This document shows positions 50,001 through 59,715 of a stretch of 64,000 nucleotides of DNA, in pieces (position 1 is the first letter of the stretch; every line of letters starts with the position of its first letter). The stretch comes from Patescibacteria group bacterium (GTDB lineage: Bacteria; Omnitrophota; Gorgyraeia; Gygaellales; Profunditerraquicolaceae), in NCBI GenBank assembly GCA_035506195.1, contig DATJPV010000028.1:8711-72710 (forward strand), given 5' to 3'. Below the pieces are notes generated by a model, which was not told where the DNA came from, did not search any database, and saw nothing but the letters and a program-made list of their open reading frames with translations. A program made the translations under genes and the position numbers.

Positions 50001-52433
50001 ATGTATACCCTTAATGAAAAAATAGTCCCGGTTGATATTGAGCAGGAAGTCAAGGACGCCTACTTAAATTACGCAATGAGCGTTATCGTAGGGAGGGCGC
50101 TGCCGGACGTACGAGACGGTCTTAAACCGGTGCACCGCAGGATCCTCTATGCGATGCAGGATTTGAACCTCGACCACTCCAAGCCTTACAAGAAAGCCGC
50201 GCGCATCGTGGGCGAGTGTCTGGGTAAATATCACCCTCACGGAGACCTGGCGGTTTATGATGCCCTGATCAGAATGGCGCAGGATTTCTCTTTGCGGTAT
50301 ACCCTGGTTGAAGGGCAGGGCAACGTCGGCAGCATAGACGGAGATGCGCCGGCTGCCATGCGGTATGTGGAGGCGCGCCTGGCGGCTATTTCCGATGAAA
50401 TGCTCAAGGATATAGAGAAAAATACCGTCAATTTCATGCCAAACTTCGATTCCTCGCTGACCGAGCCTACGGTCTTGCCGGCGCTGTTGCCTAATCTTCT
50501 GGTAAACGGCTCTTCCGGTATCGCAGTGGGCATGGCAACGAACATGCCGCCGCATAATCTGGTCGAAGTCGTCGACGGGATTACCTATCTGCTTGATAAT
50601 CCGCAGGCCGAAGTAAAAGACCTGATGCGCTATGTCAAGGGACCCGATTTTCCCACCGGCGGCTTGATTTGCGGCCGGGAGGGCATCAAGGAGGCCTACA
50701 CGACCGGCAAGGGGAAATTGACCCTGAGGGCGCGCGCCTCGATTGAAAGGCAGAAGCAAGGCAAGGACTCCATCATTATCACCGAGATACCCTACCAGGC
50801 TAATAAGGCCTCCATCATCGAGTCTATTGCCGCCCTGGTTGAAGATAAAAAGATCGAGGGGATTGCGGATATCCGGGACGAATCCGACAAGGAAGGCCTG
50901 CGCGTGGTCATAGATTTACGCCGGGACTGCGAGCCGCAGATCGTGCTTAATCAGCTCTTCAAGCATACGCAACTGGAAGTCACCTTCGGCGTTATTAACC
51001 TGGCCCTGGTCGACGGCAGGCCGCGGATACTGGATTTAAAACAGCTGATGCACCAATACGTCCTGCATCGTAAAGAAATCATCCGCCGACGTACTATTTT
51101 CGATTTGGAGAAAGCCAAGCAGCGGGCGCATATCCTGGAAGGATTGAAGATCGCCATCAAGTTTCTGGACCGGGTCATTAAGATCATCCGGACCAGCAAG
51201 AACGTCGCCACGGCCAAAGAAGCGCTCATGGATACCTTCGATCTGACCGATATCCAGGCACAGGCGATCCTAGAGATGCAGCTACAGCGGCTGACCGCGC
51301 TGGAAAGAGACAAGCTTGAGGCAGAATATTTAGAGTTAATCAAGAAGATCCAGCTGTATGAATCGATTCTGGCTTCGGAAAAAAAGATTGAGGGGATCAT
51401 TAAGGAAGAACTCGAAGAGCTTAAGAAGAAATACGGCGACCAGCGCCTTACCGATATCGTGGCCGAAGCAGAAGAGATCGAAATAGAAGACCTTATTGCC
51501 GAAGAGGACGTCGTCATCACGATCAGCCACTCCGGCTACATCAAGCGGCTTCCCGTCAGCGGATACCGCAAGCAGAAACGCGGAGGCAAGGGCGTTACGG
51601 GGGCCGAGGTCAAGGAAGAGGATTTTGTAGAGCACTTGTTTGTCGCCTCGACCAAAGATTATCTACTGATTTTTACCGATAAGGGCCGGGTGCACTGGTT
51701 AAAGGTCTATGAGATCCCGCAGGGAAGTCGTATTGCCAAAGGCAGAGCAGTCATCAATCTTTTGCAACTCGGCTCCGATGAAAAACTCAGCGCCACAATC
51801 CCGGTCAAGGAATTTTCCGAAGATAAATCCCTGGTTATCGTAACCAAGCTCGGGTTGATCAAGAAGACCCGGCTCAATGAATACGCCAATCCCCGCAAGG
51901 GGGGCATTATCGGCATTACCCTGGAAGAAGGCGATGAGTTGATCGGGGTTAAGCTTACCGACGGCAAACAGGAATTATTGCTTGCCACTCGTCAAGGCAA
52001 GGCCATACGCTTTCCTGAATCTCAGGTGCGGGATATGGGCAGGGCCGCTAAAGGCGTCAAGGGCATATCTTTGGCTAAAAAGGACGAAGTTATCGCCATG
52101 GAGGTCCCCCACAAAGAAGCGACAGTGTTGACCGTCAGCGAGCTTGGCTTTGCCAAGCGCACCCCGGTTGAGCAGTATCGTAAACAGAGCCGTGGCGGCA
52201 AGGGGATCATTAACGTCAAGGTGGCCTCCAAAAACGGCCAGGCGGTAGCCTTAAAAATGGTTTCGGATCAAGACGAATTGATGGTTATTACCCAGAACGG
52301 GATGTTCTTGCGGTGCCCGGTTAAGGATATCCGCAGCAGCGGTCGTTCTTCGCAGGGCGTGCGGTTAATAAAATTGGCAGATAAAGACAGGGTTTCTTCG
52401 GTTGCGCACGTCATCGCTGACGAAGAGGAATGA
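50001..52433 (+). CDS. gyrA: DNA gyrase subunit A
   Basis: [27 protein letters not shown], GyrA-box QKRGGKG. Confidence 0.97.
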   Translation: MYTLNEKIVPVDIEQEVKDAYLNYAMSVIVGRALPDVRDGLKPVHRRILYAMQDLNLDHSKPYKKAARIVGECLGKYHPHGDLAVYDALIRMAQDFSLRYTLVEGQGNVGSIDGDAPAAMRYVEARLAAISDEMLKDIEKNTVNFMPNFDSSLTEPTVLPALLPNLLVNGSSGIAVGMATNMPPHNLVEVVDGITYLLDNPQAEVKDLMRYVKGPDFPTGGLICGREGIKEAYTTGKGKLTLRARASIERQKQGKDSIIITEIPYQANKASIIESIAALVEDKKIEGIADIRDESDKEGLRVVIDLRRDCEPQIVLNQLFKHTQLEVTFGVINLALVDGRPRILDLKQLMHQYVLHRKEIIRRRTIFDLEKAKQRAHILEGLKIAIKFLDRVIKIIRTSKNVATAKEALMDTFDLTDIQAQAILEMQLQRLTALERDKLEAEYLELIKKIQLYESILASEKKIEGIIKEELEELKKKYGDQRLTDIVAEAEEIEIEDLIAEEDVVITISHSGYIKRLPVSGYRKQKRGGKGVTGAEVKEEDFVEHLFVASTKDYLLIFTDKGRVHWLKVYEIPQGSRIAKGRAVINLLQLGSDEKLSATIPVKEFSEDKSLVIVTKLGLIKKTRLNEYANPRKGGIIGITLEEGDELIGVKLTDGKQELLLATRQGKAIRFPESQVRDMGRAAKGVKGISLAKKDEVIAMEVPHKEATVLTVSELGFAKRTPVEQYRKQSRGGKGIINVKVASKNGQAVALKMVSDQDELMVITQNGMFLRCPVKDIRSSGRSSQGVRLIKLADKDRVSSVAHVIADEEE

Positions 52434-52438
52434 TAAGG

Positions 52439-52513
52439 GTCCCCATCGTCTAGCCTGGTCTAGGACAAGAGCTTTTCAAGCTCTCGACCGGGGTTCAAAT
52501 CCCCGTGGGGACA
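52439..52513 (+). tRNA. tRNA-Glu(TTC)
   Basis: GTCCCCA/TGGGGAC, anticodon arm AGAGC-TTTTCAA-GCTCT, T-loop TTCAAAT. CCA not encoded. Confidence 0.95.
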
Positions 52514-52522
52514 TTTAATCTT

Positions 52523-54358
52523 ATGTGCGGAATAGTCGGATACATCGGTTCACGGCCTGCCCAAGATATATTATTAAACGGCCTTAAACGCCTGGAGTAT
52601 CGCGGCTACGACTCAAGCGGGATGTGCCTGTTCCTGGATAAGAAGCAGGCGCTTTCCCTGCGCAAGCTCCCCGGTAAAATCAAGGACCTCGAAACATTAT
52701 TGCGCAAGAAGCCCCTTTCGGGAACTCAGGGGATTGCGCATACGCGCTGGGCTACGCACGGCGCGCCCAATCAAGCCAATGCCCATCCCCATCTTGATTG
52801 TAATGGCGAAATAGCCATTGTCCACAACGGGATTATCGAGAACTACCTGCAGCTAAAAACCCAACTGATTAGGCAGGGGCACGTCTTTAAAAGCCTCACC
52901 GACACCGAAGTCATCGTGCACCTCATCGAGGGCTTCCTGGCGCACCACAGTCTCGAAGAGGCGGTACGCAGGGCGGTCCTGAAACTGGAAGGCTCTTTTG
53001 CCCTTGCCGTCATCTCCCGGAAAGACCCCGACAAGCTTATCGGCGTGCGTTCCGGCAGTCCCCTCATCGTAGGCGTAGGCAATCAGGAAAATTTTCTGGC
53101 CTCTGATGTACCGGCGATTCTGGAATCGACCAAAGAAGTGGTTTTCTTGGAAGAAGGAGAGATGGCAGTCCTCAGGCGCGACGGCTACGCTATCAGCGAT
53201 GTTGAGGGCAGGGCAATTTCGCGCAAGCCCGTCAGGATCGGCTGGGATATTGCCCAGGCCCAGAAGCAGGGATACCGGCATTTCATGCTCAAGGAAATCA
53301 ACGAGCAGCCTGGGATCCTGGAGAATCTCCTGAAGATGCGCCTGGGAGCAGGTGGATGCATTTCGTTTGAAGAGCAAAAAATACCCGAGAGCGTTTTTAA
53401 AGATATAGAAAACATTACCATTGTTGCCTGCGGTACTGCGTATCATGCAGGCCTGGTCGGAAAATACGCCATAGAGTCGTTGTGCGCCATTCCGGTCAAT
53501 GTCGACGTCTCCAGCGAATTCCGCTATCGCAGCCTTCTGTTGGATGATAAAACGCTCGTCTTGGCCATCAGCCAGTCGGGCGAAACCGCAGATACCTTGG
53601 CTGGGATAAGGGAGGCGAAACAACATGGCGCAAAAGTGCTTTCCATCTGCAATGTCCTCGGCTCAACCTTAACCCGCGAATCAGACGGGATCATTTATAC
53701 CCATGCCGGCCCCGAAATCGGGGTAGCCTCTACCAAGGCCTATACCGCGCAGGTGCTCACTCTTTATCTGCTGGCGCTTTATCTGGCGAGAGCACGAAAT
53801 GCCTTGCCCGCGGAAAAGATTCACGCCTACCTAAAAGAGCTCAAAAGAATTCCGCATCAGCAGACAAAGATCTTGGCAAGGCAGAATAGCATCGCCAGCC
53901 TTGCCAGGCGCCATTCGCATTTTGGCTCATTTCTATACCTGGGGCGCAACGTCAATTTCCCTTCGGCCTTGGAGGGCGCCCTGAAACTGAAGGAAATATC
54001 CTATATCCCCGCCGAAGGGTATGCTGCGGGAGAGATGAAGCACGGCCCGATCGCCCTGATCGATGAATACCGTGCGGTGGTCTGCCTTGCGCCCGCCTCG
54101 CAGGTATACGAAAAAATGATCTCGAACCTCCAAGAGATCCGCGCCCGCCAGGGCAGGCTTATTGTCATCGCCACTGCCGGAGACGCAAAGATCAAGGCAC
54201 AGGCCCGAGAGGTGGTGTATGTGCCCGCATGCCACGAGCTTTTTTCGCCCCTATTGGTAGCATTGCCCCTGCAGCTTTTGGCGTATCATATCGCGGTCAA
54301 GCGCGGCTGCGATGTCGATCAACCACGCAACTTAGCCAAGTCCGTGACGGTAGAGTAA
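52523..54358 (+). CDS. glmS: Glutamine--fructose-6-phosphate aminotransferase
   Basis: MCGIVG N-terminus, EYRGYDS, HTRWATHG, SQSGETADT, DQPRNLAKSVTVE. Confidence 0.97.
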   Translation: MCGIVGYIGSRPAQDILLNGLKRLEYRGYDSSGMCLFLDKKQALSLRKLPGKIKDLETLLRKKPLSGTQGIAHTRWATHGAPNQANAHPHLDCNGEIAIVHNGIIENYLQLKTQLIRQGHVFKSLTDTEVIVHLIEGFLAHHSLEEAVRRAVLKLEGSFALAVISRKDPDKLIGVRSGSPLIVGVGNQENFLASDVPAILESTKEVVFLEEGEMAVLRRDGYAISDVEGRAISRKPVRIGWDIAQAQKQGYRHFMLKEINEQPGILENLLKMRLGAGGCISFEEQKIPESVFKDIENITIVACGTAYHAGLVGKYAIESLCAIPVNVDVSSEFRYRSLLLDDKTLVLAISQSGETADTLAGIREAKQHGAKVLSICNVLGSTLTRESDGIIYTHAGPEIGVASTKAYTAQVLTLYLLALYLARARNALPAEKIHAYLKELKRIPHQQTKILARQNSIASLARRHSHFGSFLYLGRNVNFPSALEGALKLKEISYIPAEGYAAGEMKHGPIALIDEYRAVVCLAPASQVYEKMISNLQEIRARQGRLIVIATAGDAKIKAQAREVVYVPACHELFSPLLVALPLQLLAYHIAVKRGCDVDQPRNLAKSVTVE

Positions 54359-55011
54359 TGCTCTATATCGTTGCCACGCCCATCGGCAATCTTAAAGATA
54401 TCACCTTTCGCGCCGTCGAGATCTTAAAGTCCGTAGACCTTATTGCCTGCGAAGACACCCGGCATACCAAGATCCTGCTTGATCACTATGGCATCAAGAC
54501 GCCGACCACCAGTTTTTTTCAGCACAACCGCATTACCAAGGGCGCCTACCTGCTTGAACTGCTCGCCCGCGGCAAATCCGTAGCTTTAGTTTCAGACGCC
54601 GGGACTCCCGGGATACTCGATCCCGGCTATAGCATTATTAACGCCGCTATAAAACGCCACATTCCGGTCACGGTCATTCCCGGCCCCACCGCTCTTATCG
54701 CTGCCCTGGTACTTTCCGGAAAGCCTGCCCACCAGTTTGTTTTCGAAGGCTTTTTACCGAATCGGCGCATTGCCCGCAGGAATCGGCTGGTCAGTCTTAA
54801 CCAATTGCGCTGCACAGTGGTCTGTTATGAATCTTGCCACCGCATCCTGGATGCCCTTCGGGATATCCAAGAGGTCTTCGGCGACCGAGAAATCGTCGTG
54901 GCCAGAGAGTTGACCAAGAAGTTCGAAGAGGTCAGGCGGGGCGCGGCCGCAGACATCCTGGCGCAACTTACGTCCCAGAAAGCCCGCGGCGAATTCGTCA
55001 TTATCTTCTAG
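54358..55011 (+). CDS. rsmI: 16S rRNA C1402 2'-O-methyltransferase
   Basis: LYIVATPIGNL.DIT.RA, CEDTR, VSDAGTP...DPG, RELTK.FEE. ATG overlaps the glmS TAA. Confidence 0.95.
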   Translation: MLYIVATPIGNLKDITFRAVEILKSVDLIACEDTRHTKILLDHYGIKTPTTSFFQHNRITKGAYLLELLARGKSVALVSDAGTPGILDPGYSIINAAIKRHIPVTVIPGPTALIAALVLSGKPAHQFVFEGFLPNRRIARRNRLVSLNQLRCTVVCYESCHRILDALRDIQEVFGDREIVVARELTKKFEEVRRGAAADILAQLTSQKARGEFVIIF

Positions 55012-55045
55012 CAAGAAACCGCTTTCTTAAATAGTCCCCCGGCTC

Positions 55046-55074
55046 TTGAAACATCCTTACCTATATTGCATACT
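55046..55074 (+). promoter_or_regulatory. Candidate promoter for the 1516-aa protein gene
   Basis: TTGAAA-17-CATACT. Confidence 0.4.
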
Positions 55075-55114
55075 TTAAGATAGATTAATACACTAACAAC
55101 CCATTATCGCAAAA

Positions 55115-58100
55115 ATGTCACGGAAGATTTATAGATTTTTATCTTTTCTATTATGCCTTTCCTTGATCTTTCAGCAATCCGGCTTTGCGCAAATAGCCGG
55201 CCAGCTCAACGCCTCTGCCTGCCTGCTTAACCTAAGCAACATTATTGTTGCCGACAAATTCCGCCCCCTGCATTTAAGGGCCCTTTCCTACGACAGCGCG
55301 CATAATAACTTCCGGCTTCTTCTGGATAAAGGGGACGTCAAGGAGCTTAAGGATGACCTCGTGAAGGATTCCACGCAGAAGCTCATGGAATACTTTTTTG
55401 TCGGCATTACCTTGCCTAACGAAGCATTTTGGGTCAACTTGCGGCCGGATTCCGAAAACGACATTATCGATGACGAGCTGGCAAAGACCGACCTGGGTAA
55501 AGTTTTGCTTGAAGCAGACCTGCAGCTTAAAAAGGATACGGCGCGGCTGACCTCTCCCGAGAATCCTCAGGGCAAGTTGTATTGGGATAAGCTTTATCAG
55601 AAGGCCGAAGAACTGCTGGGCCAGTCGGATACGAATATACCCGCTTTAGTCAGGCCGTGGATCGTACCCGGAGAAGTTATTATCCGCGAAAGCCAGAGCA
55701 GCGCCTATGTGTACAAAGCCACGCTTAAGGTTATGCTCGAAGAAGATTATCTCCAAGGTACAGCCGCGTATGCTTTCGATGACCCCCGGCTGAAAGCCCT
55801 AAACGAGTATTCCTCTCAGCTGCTTCGAGAACTGATACTCCCGCAACTAACCCGGGAGATCAACGCCTCCAAAAAATATGCCGCACTAAGACAGGCCTAT
55901 TACTCTCTGATTCTGGCTCAGTGGTTTAAATCCCGCTTCCAGCTGGTTAACCAAAAGAATCTCAACCAGGGTCTTGTCTCCAAAGTCCCCTGGTCGAAGG
56001 CCGCTTACTTTAGAGCCTACCAGAAATCTTTTCAAGACGGAGAATACAAAATCCAGGATACCATTTACACCGCCAGCGGTCCGGGCATCCGAAGCTATAT
56101 CAGCGGAGGGATGAATTTAGCGCTACCCGCAAGCAGCGCAGTCTTTACTTTGCAAAACAATAGGCCGATTACGGCAAGTGCGACAACGCTGGCCGTTGGC
56201 TATGACGGATCAATAATGGTCTCTTTGGCCGGTAAACCAGCTCAATCGGTCAGTTCGTCCATCGACGATGCTCAAGCTTCGTTTCCGTTCATGCATGAGC
56301 CTGACACGGCGGTATATCGGGCTTTGCAGCAAGCCCAGGGCAGATTTACCCATACATACGCTAATGGAAAGACGCAGGATTTTGAATTGACTCTCAGGGA
56401 AGCCCCTGGCCGCTATAATACTCAAGTTGTATTGCGCCTGCCGGGTTCGCAAGAAGAGGCGGGTTATCTTGAGCTGACTACCTCCGAAGACAATGATACG
56501 ATAGAAGCGGGTTGGCTCTGGAGAAACAAAAATTACCAAGGCCCGTCGATTTCCGTGCCTCTTTTAAGCAGGCTCCGCGAGGCACTCCCGGTCGGCAAAG
56601 CTCTGCATACCACTATTGGGGAAACGATAAGCCTAAGAGAATTAATGACTGGGCAAGATCTACATCATAAGGATCAAGCAGGCTTACAAAAATCAAAAAT
56701 AGAATACCTTAAGGATACAAACATCGGAGAGAAAATTCAGGCTGCTGGCTGGCAGATAGACAGGGTTTTTTATACGGATGCCGAAATAGGCGAGGCACAC
56801 GCTGAACCGGTAAGAGAGGCCTTGACGCAAGATGTGCCTAGAGACCTTAGGCCAGGAGAGCAGGGCTTGCCGCAAGGCTGGCTGCATGTATGGCTTAAGC
56901 CGGTACAGGACAGGACAACGCAACCCATGGATTACGGCATTGATGATGACGGTTCGCAAGGGGCCTCTTCGTCATTAACCATGATAGAGCAGCATATTGA
57001 TGTCGATGCGATCGCCCGGCAATTAGGGATTTACAGGGACAATAGAGAAGCAATACTCAACGCGTTTAACGATGTTGCTCGCAGTGAACACGCGGTGCGC
57101 GGCTATGCCACCATTATTCATAACGAACAATTACTGGCTAGGGTTGTGGGAGGATTGAATCAATTCTCTTCACCGAAAATGAGCTCATATCTTTGGCATG
57201 TCTCATTGGTGCTCTCGGAACTTCGGGACGAAGGGCTGGCAGAATCCATAGTCGATGGCTTATTCCAGCACCCGGCATACCTGGTCGACCAAATGTTCGC
57301 TTCCGGGGCCAGCACGGGCTATGCCTTTTCTTTTTTCTCGGCATTTTTACAAAAGTTCCTCCCGGCCTTATACGACAGACATATCCCGGTAACTCCTGCT
57401 TTAGTGCAAAGCGTCTTTCGTTTAAGCGATATCGATGCGGTTGTGTATGCCAAAGCGTTTGAATACGAGCATCAATATCCCGGCGAGATCGACCAGATTA
57501 TTAAGGGCATCGTAGCAGCTTCAGATGTGGGCACCCTCCAGGTGCGCCAGGCCATCGCCGACCTTCTTTTTGTTATCGATGACAGCTTCTTCAAAACGAC
57601 CGTTGTCCACCCCGAGTATAATTATCAAGAAGATGAGCCGATAGGGATCTTCCGGGATAGAAAACTATTCGAGAGCCAATTTTTGGACACGCTACCGTTG
57701 CCCGTAGAAAGCCCGTCGACGCCGCGTCAACCCTTGGCCCAGATAACATCGATGCAAGAATTTCAGGATTTGTTTACGCCGGAACGCGGCCCCGGTTTTC
57801 GGGTCGAGGGGGAAAGGGTGATATTTTTAGGCGATCGTGCCGTAAGAAATTTTATAGCACGACATCAAGTTGATATCGTCCCCCCGGGAGAATACGCCGG
57901 CCTCGCCAGCCGGTGGACTACCGATAGCTTATTAGCGGCTGCGCAGGATTTCTATACGGGCGCAACAGCAGTATTGCTTTCAGAAAGCGGGAAGCTATGG
58001 TTTTTCAAAGAATGCAGCGACAATGCTACCGCACAAGAGGAGCAGAGAAAAAGTCCCTTTAATGGCACGGAAGGCTTCAAGGCTTTTGTGGTCGGCAGGT

Positions 58101-59665
58101 ATTACATAGCAACATTTGCGCTTGATTATCGGCCTCCTACCATCAAGCCAGAGCGGATGCGGCCGGCCCCCTACAATCGCATCGCGAAAACAGCACAAGA
58201 GGCAATAGATGCCGCTAGGCAACGCTCTCTGGGATCGGTAACAAATGATTTTGCCTCCGTCCATAACCTTGCCGACACGCAACTTTCTAATATGCTCGTG
58301 AAGTACACATGGAACGGCACTCTCATTGACGTAAAGGTGACGGATCAAATTGTGAGTGCCGAGATCAAGAAGAAATACGACCTAAGGCATTCGGGGCTTA
58401 GCTTTCCCGGCCAGGCGTCCTCGACAATAGAAGACTTTTTTCATCAAGGCGCGCTCGGCGTTGGCGCAGCTACGCAGGCCCCCAAGGTAGTATTTAGCCA
58501 ACAATTATCGGAAGACCAGGTAGGGCTCCTGAAAAACGGCGGCGAGGTTCGGCGTACGCCCGAAGGCGGCCTCGCGATCATCGAGACGACCCAAGAAGAG
58601 AGGGCGCGCCCCACCTATAAACCGTGGCCTATTTTTGGTACCCATTTCGACGAAATCGACACCATTTTTAAGGGGCTTTTCCAGGAGTCTTTGGTACAAA
58701 AGATAATCAACTTGGCTCAGTCGCATCCGGAAAATCCGGTATATATTCTAGACTGGGGCGCAGGCAACGGATTGGCCGCAATAGAACTAGCCGAAAAACT
58801 AAAGAATTATAATGTGCGGATAATCGCCTTCGGTAATACCTATGTGCCGGAGTTTATGCCCAACACAATACCTCCTAACGTATTATTCCTTATCGGCGAA
58901 GCAGGCGATTTAGTCCGGGATTTAAAGGGCATGCTTCCCGCAGGGACTAAGCTAGACGCAATCATTAGCTATGCCGGCATACACGGCTTGTTAACGGAAG
59001 CAGACCGGGGGCGGGGGTTCCTGACCCGCGTTGCGGAGTTGGACACCCTACTGTCGAGCAATGGATTTATGGCGCTTCAGGTTGCGTTTCCGCACCGCAT
59101 ACAACTGCTCAAGGAGCTTACCCCAGCGCTGGAGGCACAGACATCTTTACAATTGAAGCTTCGAGAAGACCAGGGGCCAGAAAAAACAAACAACTTCGTG
59201 TTGCTAGAGAAGAAAAACCAAGATCTCCGCGCGGGCAGCCCTTCGGCATCTTCGCCGACAGGTATTGTTCCGCAAACACAGGGAGAGGTTGGCGGTATTG
59301 ATTTTCGCAGCCTCCCCATACCCGCGCAATCGCCAACCTTCACTTTTACTCTTCGACAGCCGGTTCAGCTTATCCCCTCCGCTAAGCTCGGTGAATATTG
59401 GCAGGATATTCAAAAGTCCCTGCAGGACAATGCGATCCCTTCCAGTGACCGCATCCTAAACTACCTTCGGTCCTGTTGTGATAAAGAAGACGCAGCGCAG
59501 GAAATCGAAAAAATAGTAGCTTGCATTGCAGAGATCTTGCGCCTGGAAGAGGATCAGGTGGTCTACACCGACCCTGAAATGAAACAGATATTGGCCGTCC
59601 TTGAATCACAGATCTCGCTTCCTGAACTTCGTGCCGCCCTTTTCCGCCTGGACGCCACCCCCTAA
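55115..59665 (+). CDS. Large secreted multi-module protein (signal peptide, N-domain, GNAT-like, kinase-like and SAM-methyltransferase modules, GGIDF C-terminal region)
   Basis: 1516-aa uninterrupted ORF; Sec signal (..SGFA|Q); ILDWGAGNG motif I; FFK...DTQLSN...VKVTD; recurring [AV]SS linkers. Confidence 0.8.
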   Translation: MSRKIYRFLSFLLCLSLIFQQSGFAQIAGQLNASACLLNLSNIIVADKFRPLHLRALSYDSAHNNFRLLLDKGDVKELKDDLVKDSTQKLMEYFFVGITLPNEAFWVNLRPDSENDIIDDELAKTDLGKVLLEADLQLKKDTARLTSPENPQGKLYWDKLYQKAEELLGQSDTNIPALVRPWIVPGEVIIRESQSSAYVYKATLKVMLEEDYLQGTAAYAFDDPRLKALNEYSSQLLRELILPQLTREINASKKYAALRQAYYSLILAQWFKSRFQLVNQKNLNQGLVSKVPWSKAAYFRAYQKSFQDGEYKIQDTIYTASGPGIRSYISGGMNLALPASSAVFTLQNNRPITASATTLAVGYDGSIMVSLAGKPAQSVSSSIDDAQASFPFMHEPDTAVYRALQQAQGRFTHTYANGKTQDFELTLREAPGRYNTQVVLRLPGSQEEAGYLELTTSEDNDTIEAGWLWRNKNYQGPSISVPLLSRLREALPVGKALHTTIGETISLRELMTGQDLHHKDQAGLQKSKIEYLKDTNIGEKIQAAGWQIDRVFYTDAEIGEAHAEPVREALTQDVPRDLRPGEQGLPQGWLHVWLKPVQDRTTQPMDYGIDDDGSQGASSSLTMIEQHIDVDAIARQLGIYRDNREAILNAFNDVARSEHAVRGYATIIHNEQLLARVVGGLNQFSSPKMSSYLWHVSLVLSELRDEGLAESIVDGLFQHPAYLVDQMFASGASTGYAFSFFSAFLQKFLPALYDRHIPVTPALVQSVFRLSDIDAVVYAKAFEYEHQYPGEIDQIIKGIVAASDVGTLQVRQAIADLLFVIDDSFFKTTVVHPEYNYQEDEPIGIFRDRKLFESQFLDTLPLPVESPSTPRQPLAQITSMQEFQDLFTPERGPGFRVEGERVIFLGDRAVRNFIARHQVDIVPPGEYAGLASRWTTDSLLAAAQDFYTGATAVLLSESGKLWFFKECSDNATAQEEQRKSPFNGTEGFKAFVVGRYYIATFALDYRPPTIKPERMRPAPYNRIAKTAQEAIDAARQRSLGSVTNDFASVHNLADTQLSNMLVKYTWNGTLIDVKVTDQIVSAEIKKKYDLRHSGLSFPGQASSTIEDFFHQGALGVGAATQAPKVVFSQQLSEDQVGLLKNGGEVRRTPEGGLAIIETTQEERARPTYKPWPIFGTHFDEIDTIFKGLFQESLVQKIINLAQSHPENPVYILDWGAGNGLAAIELAEKLKNYNVRIIAFGNTYVPEFMPNTIPPNVLFLIGEAGDLVRDLKGMLPAGTKLDAIISYAGIHGLLTEADRGRGFLTRVAELDTLLSSNGFMALQVAFPHRIQLLKELTPALEAQTSLQLKLREDQGPEKTNNFVLLEKKNQDLRAGSPSASSPTGIVPQTQGEVGGIDFRSLPIPAQSPTFTFTLRQPVQLIPSAKLGEYWQDIQKSLQDNAIPSSDRILNYLRSCCDKEDAAQEIEKIVACIAEILRLEEDQVVYTDPEMKQILAVLESQISLPELRAALFRLDATP

Positions 59666-59680
59666 ACGCTGCAGTTGGTA

Positions 59681-59709
59681 TTGACTTTGTGCCGTCCGTC
59701 CGTTATAAT
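59681..59709 (+). promoter_or_regulatory. Sigma70 promoter giving a probably leaderless HD-GYP mRNA
   Basis: TTGACT-17-TATAAT ending 6 nt before ATG 59716. Confidence 0.7.
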
Positions 59710-59715
59710 ACCGTC

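Noticed and set aside
52434-52522. glmS ribozyme upstream of glmS
   Set aside because: The interval is fully occupied by tRNA-Glu.
55250-56120. Naming the N-domain of the 1516-aa protein as DUF1598-like
   Set aside because: The motifs LLEADLQLKK and RPWIVP are only loosely reminiscent; this cannot be supported without a profile search.
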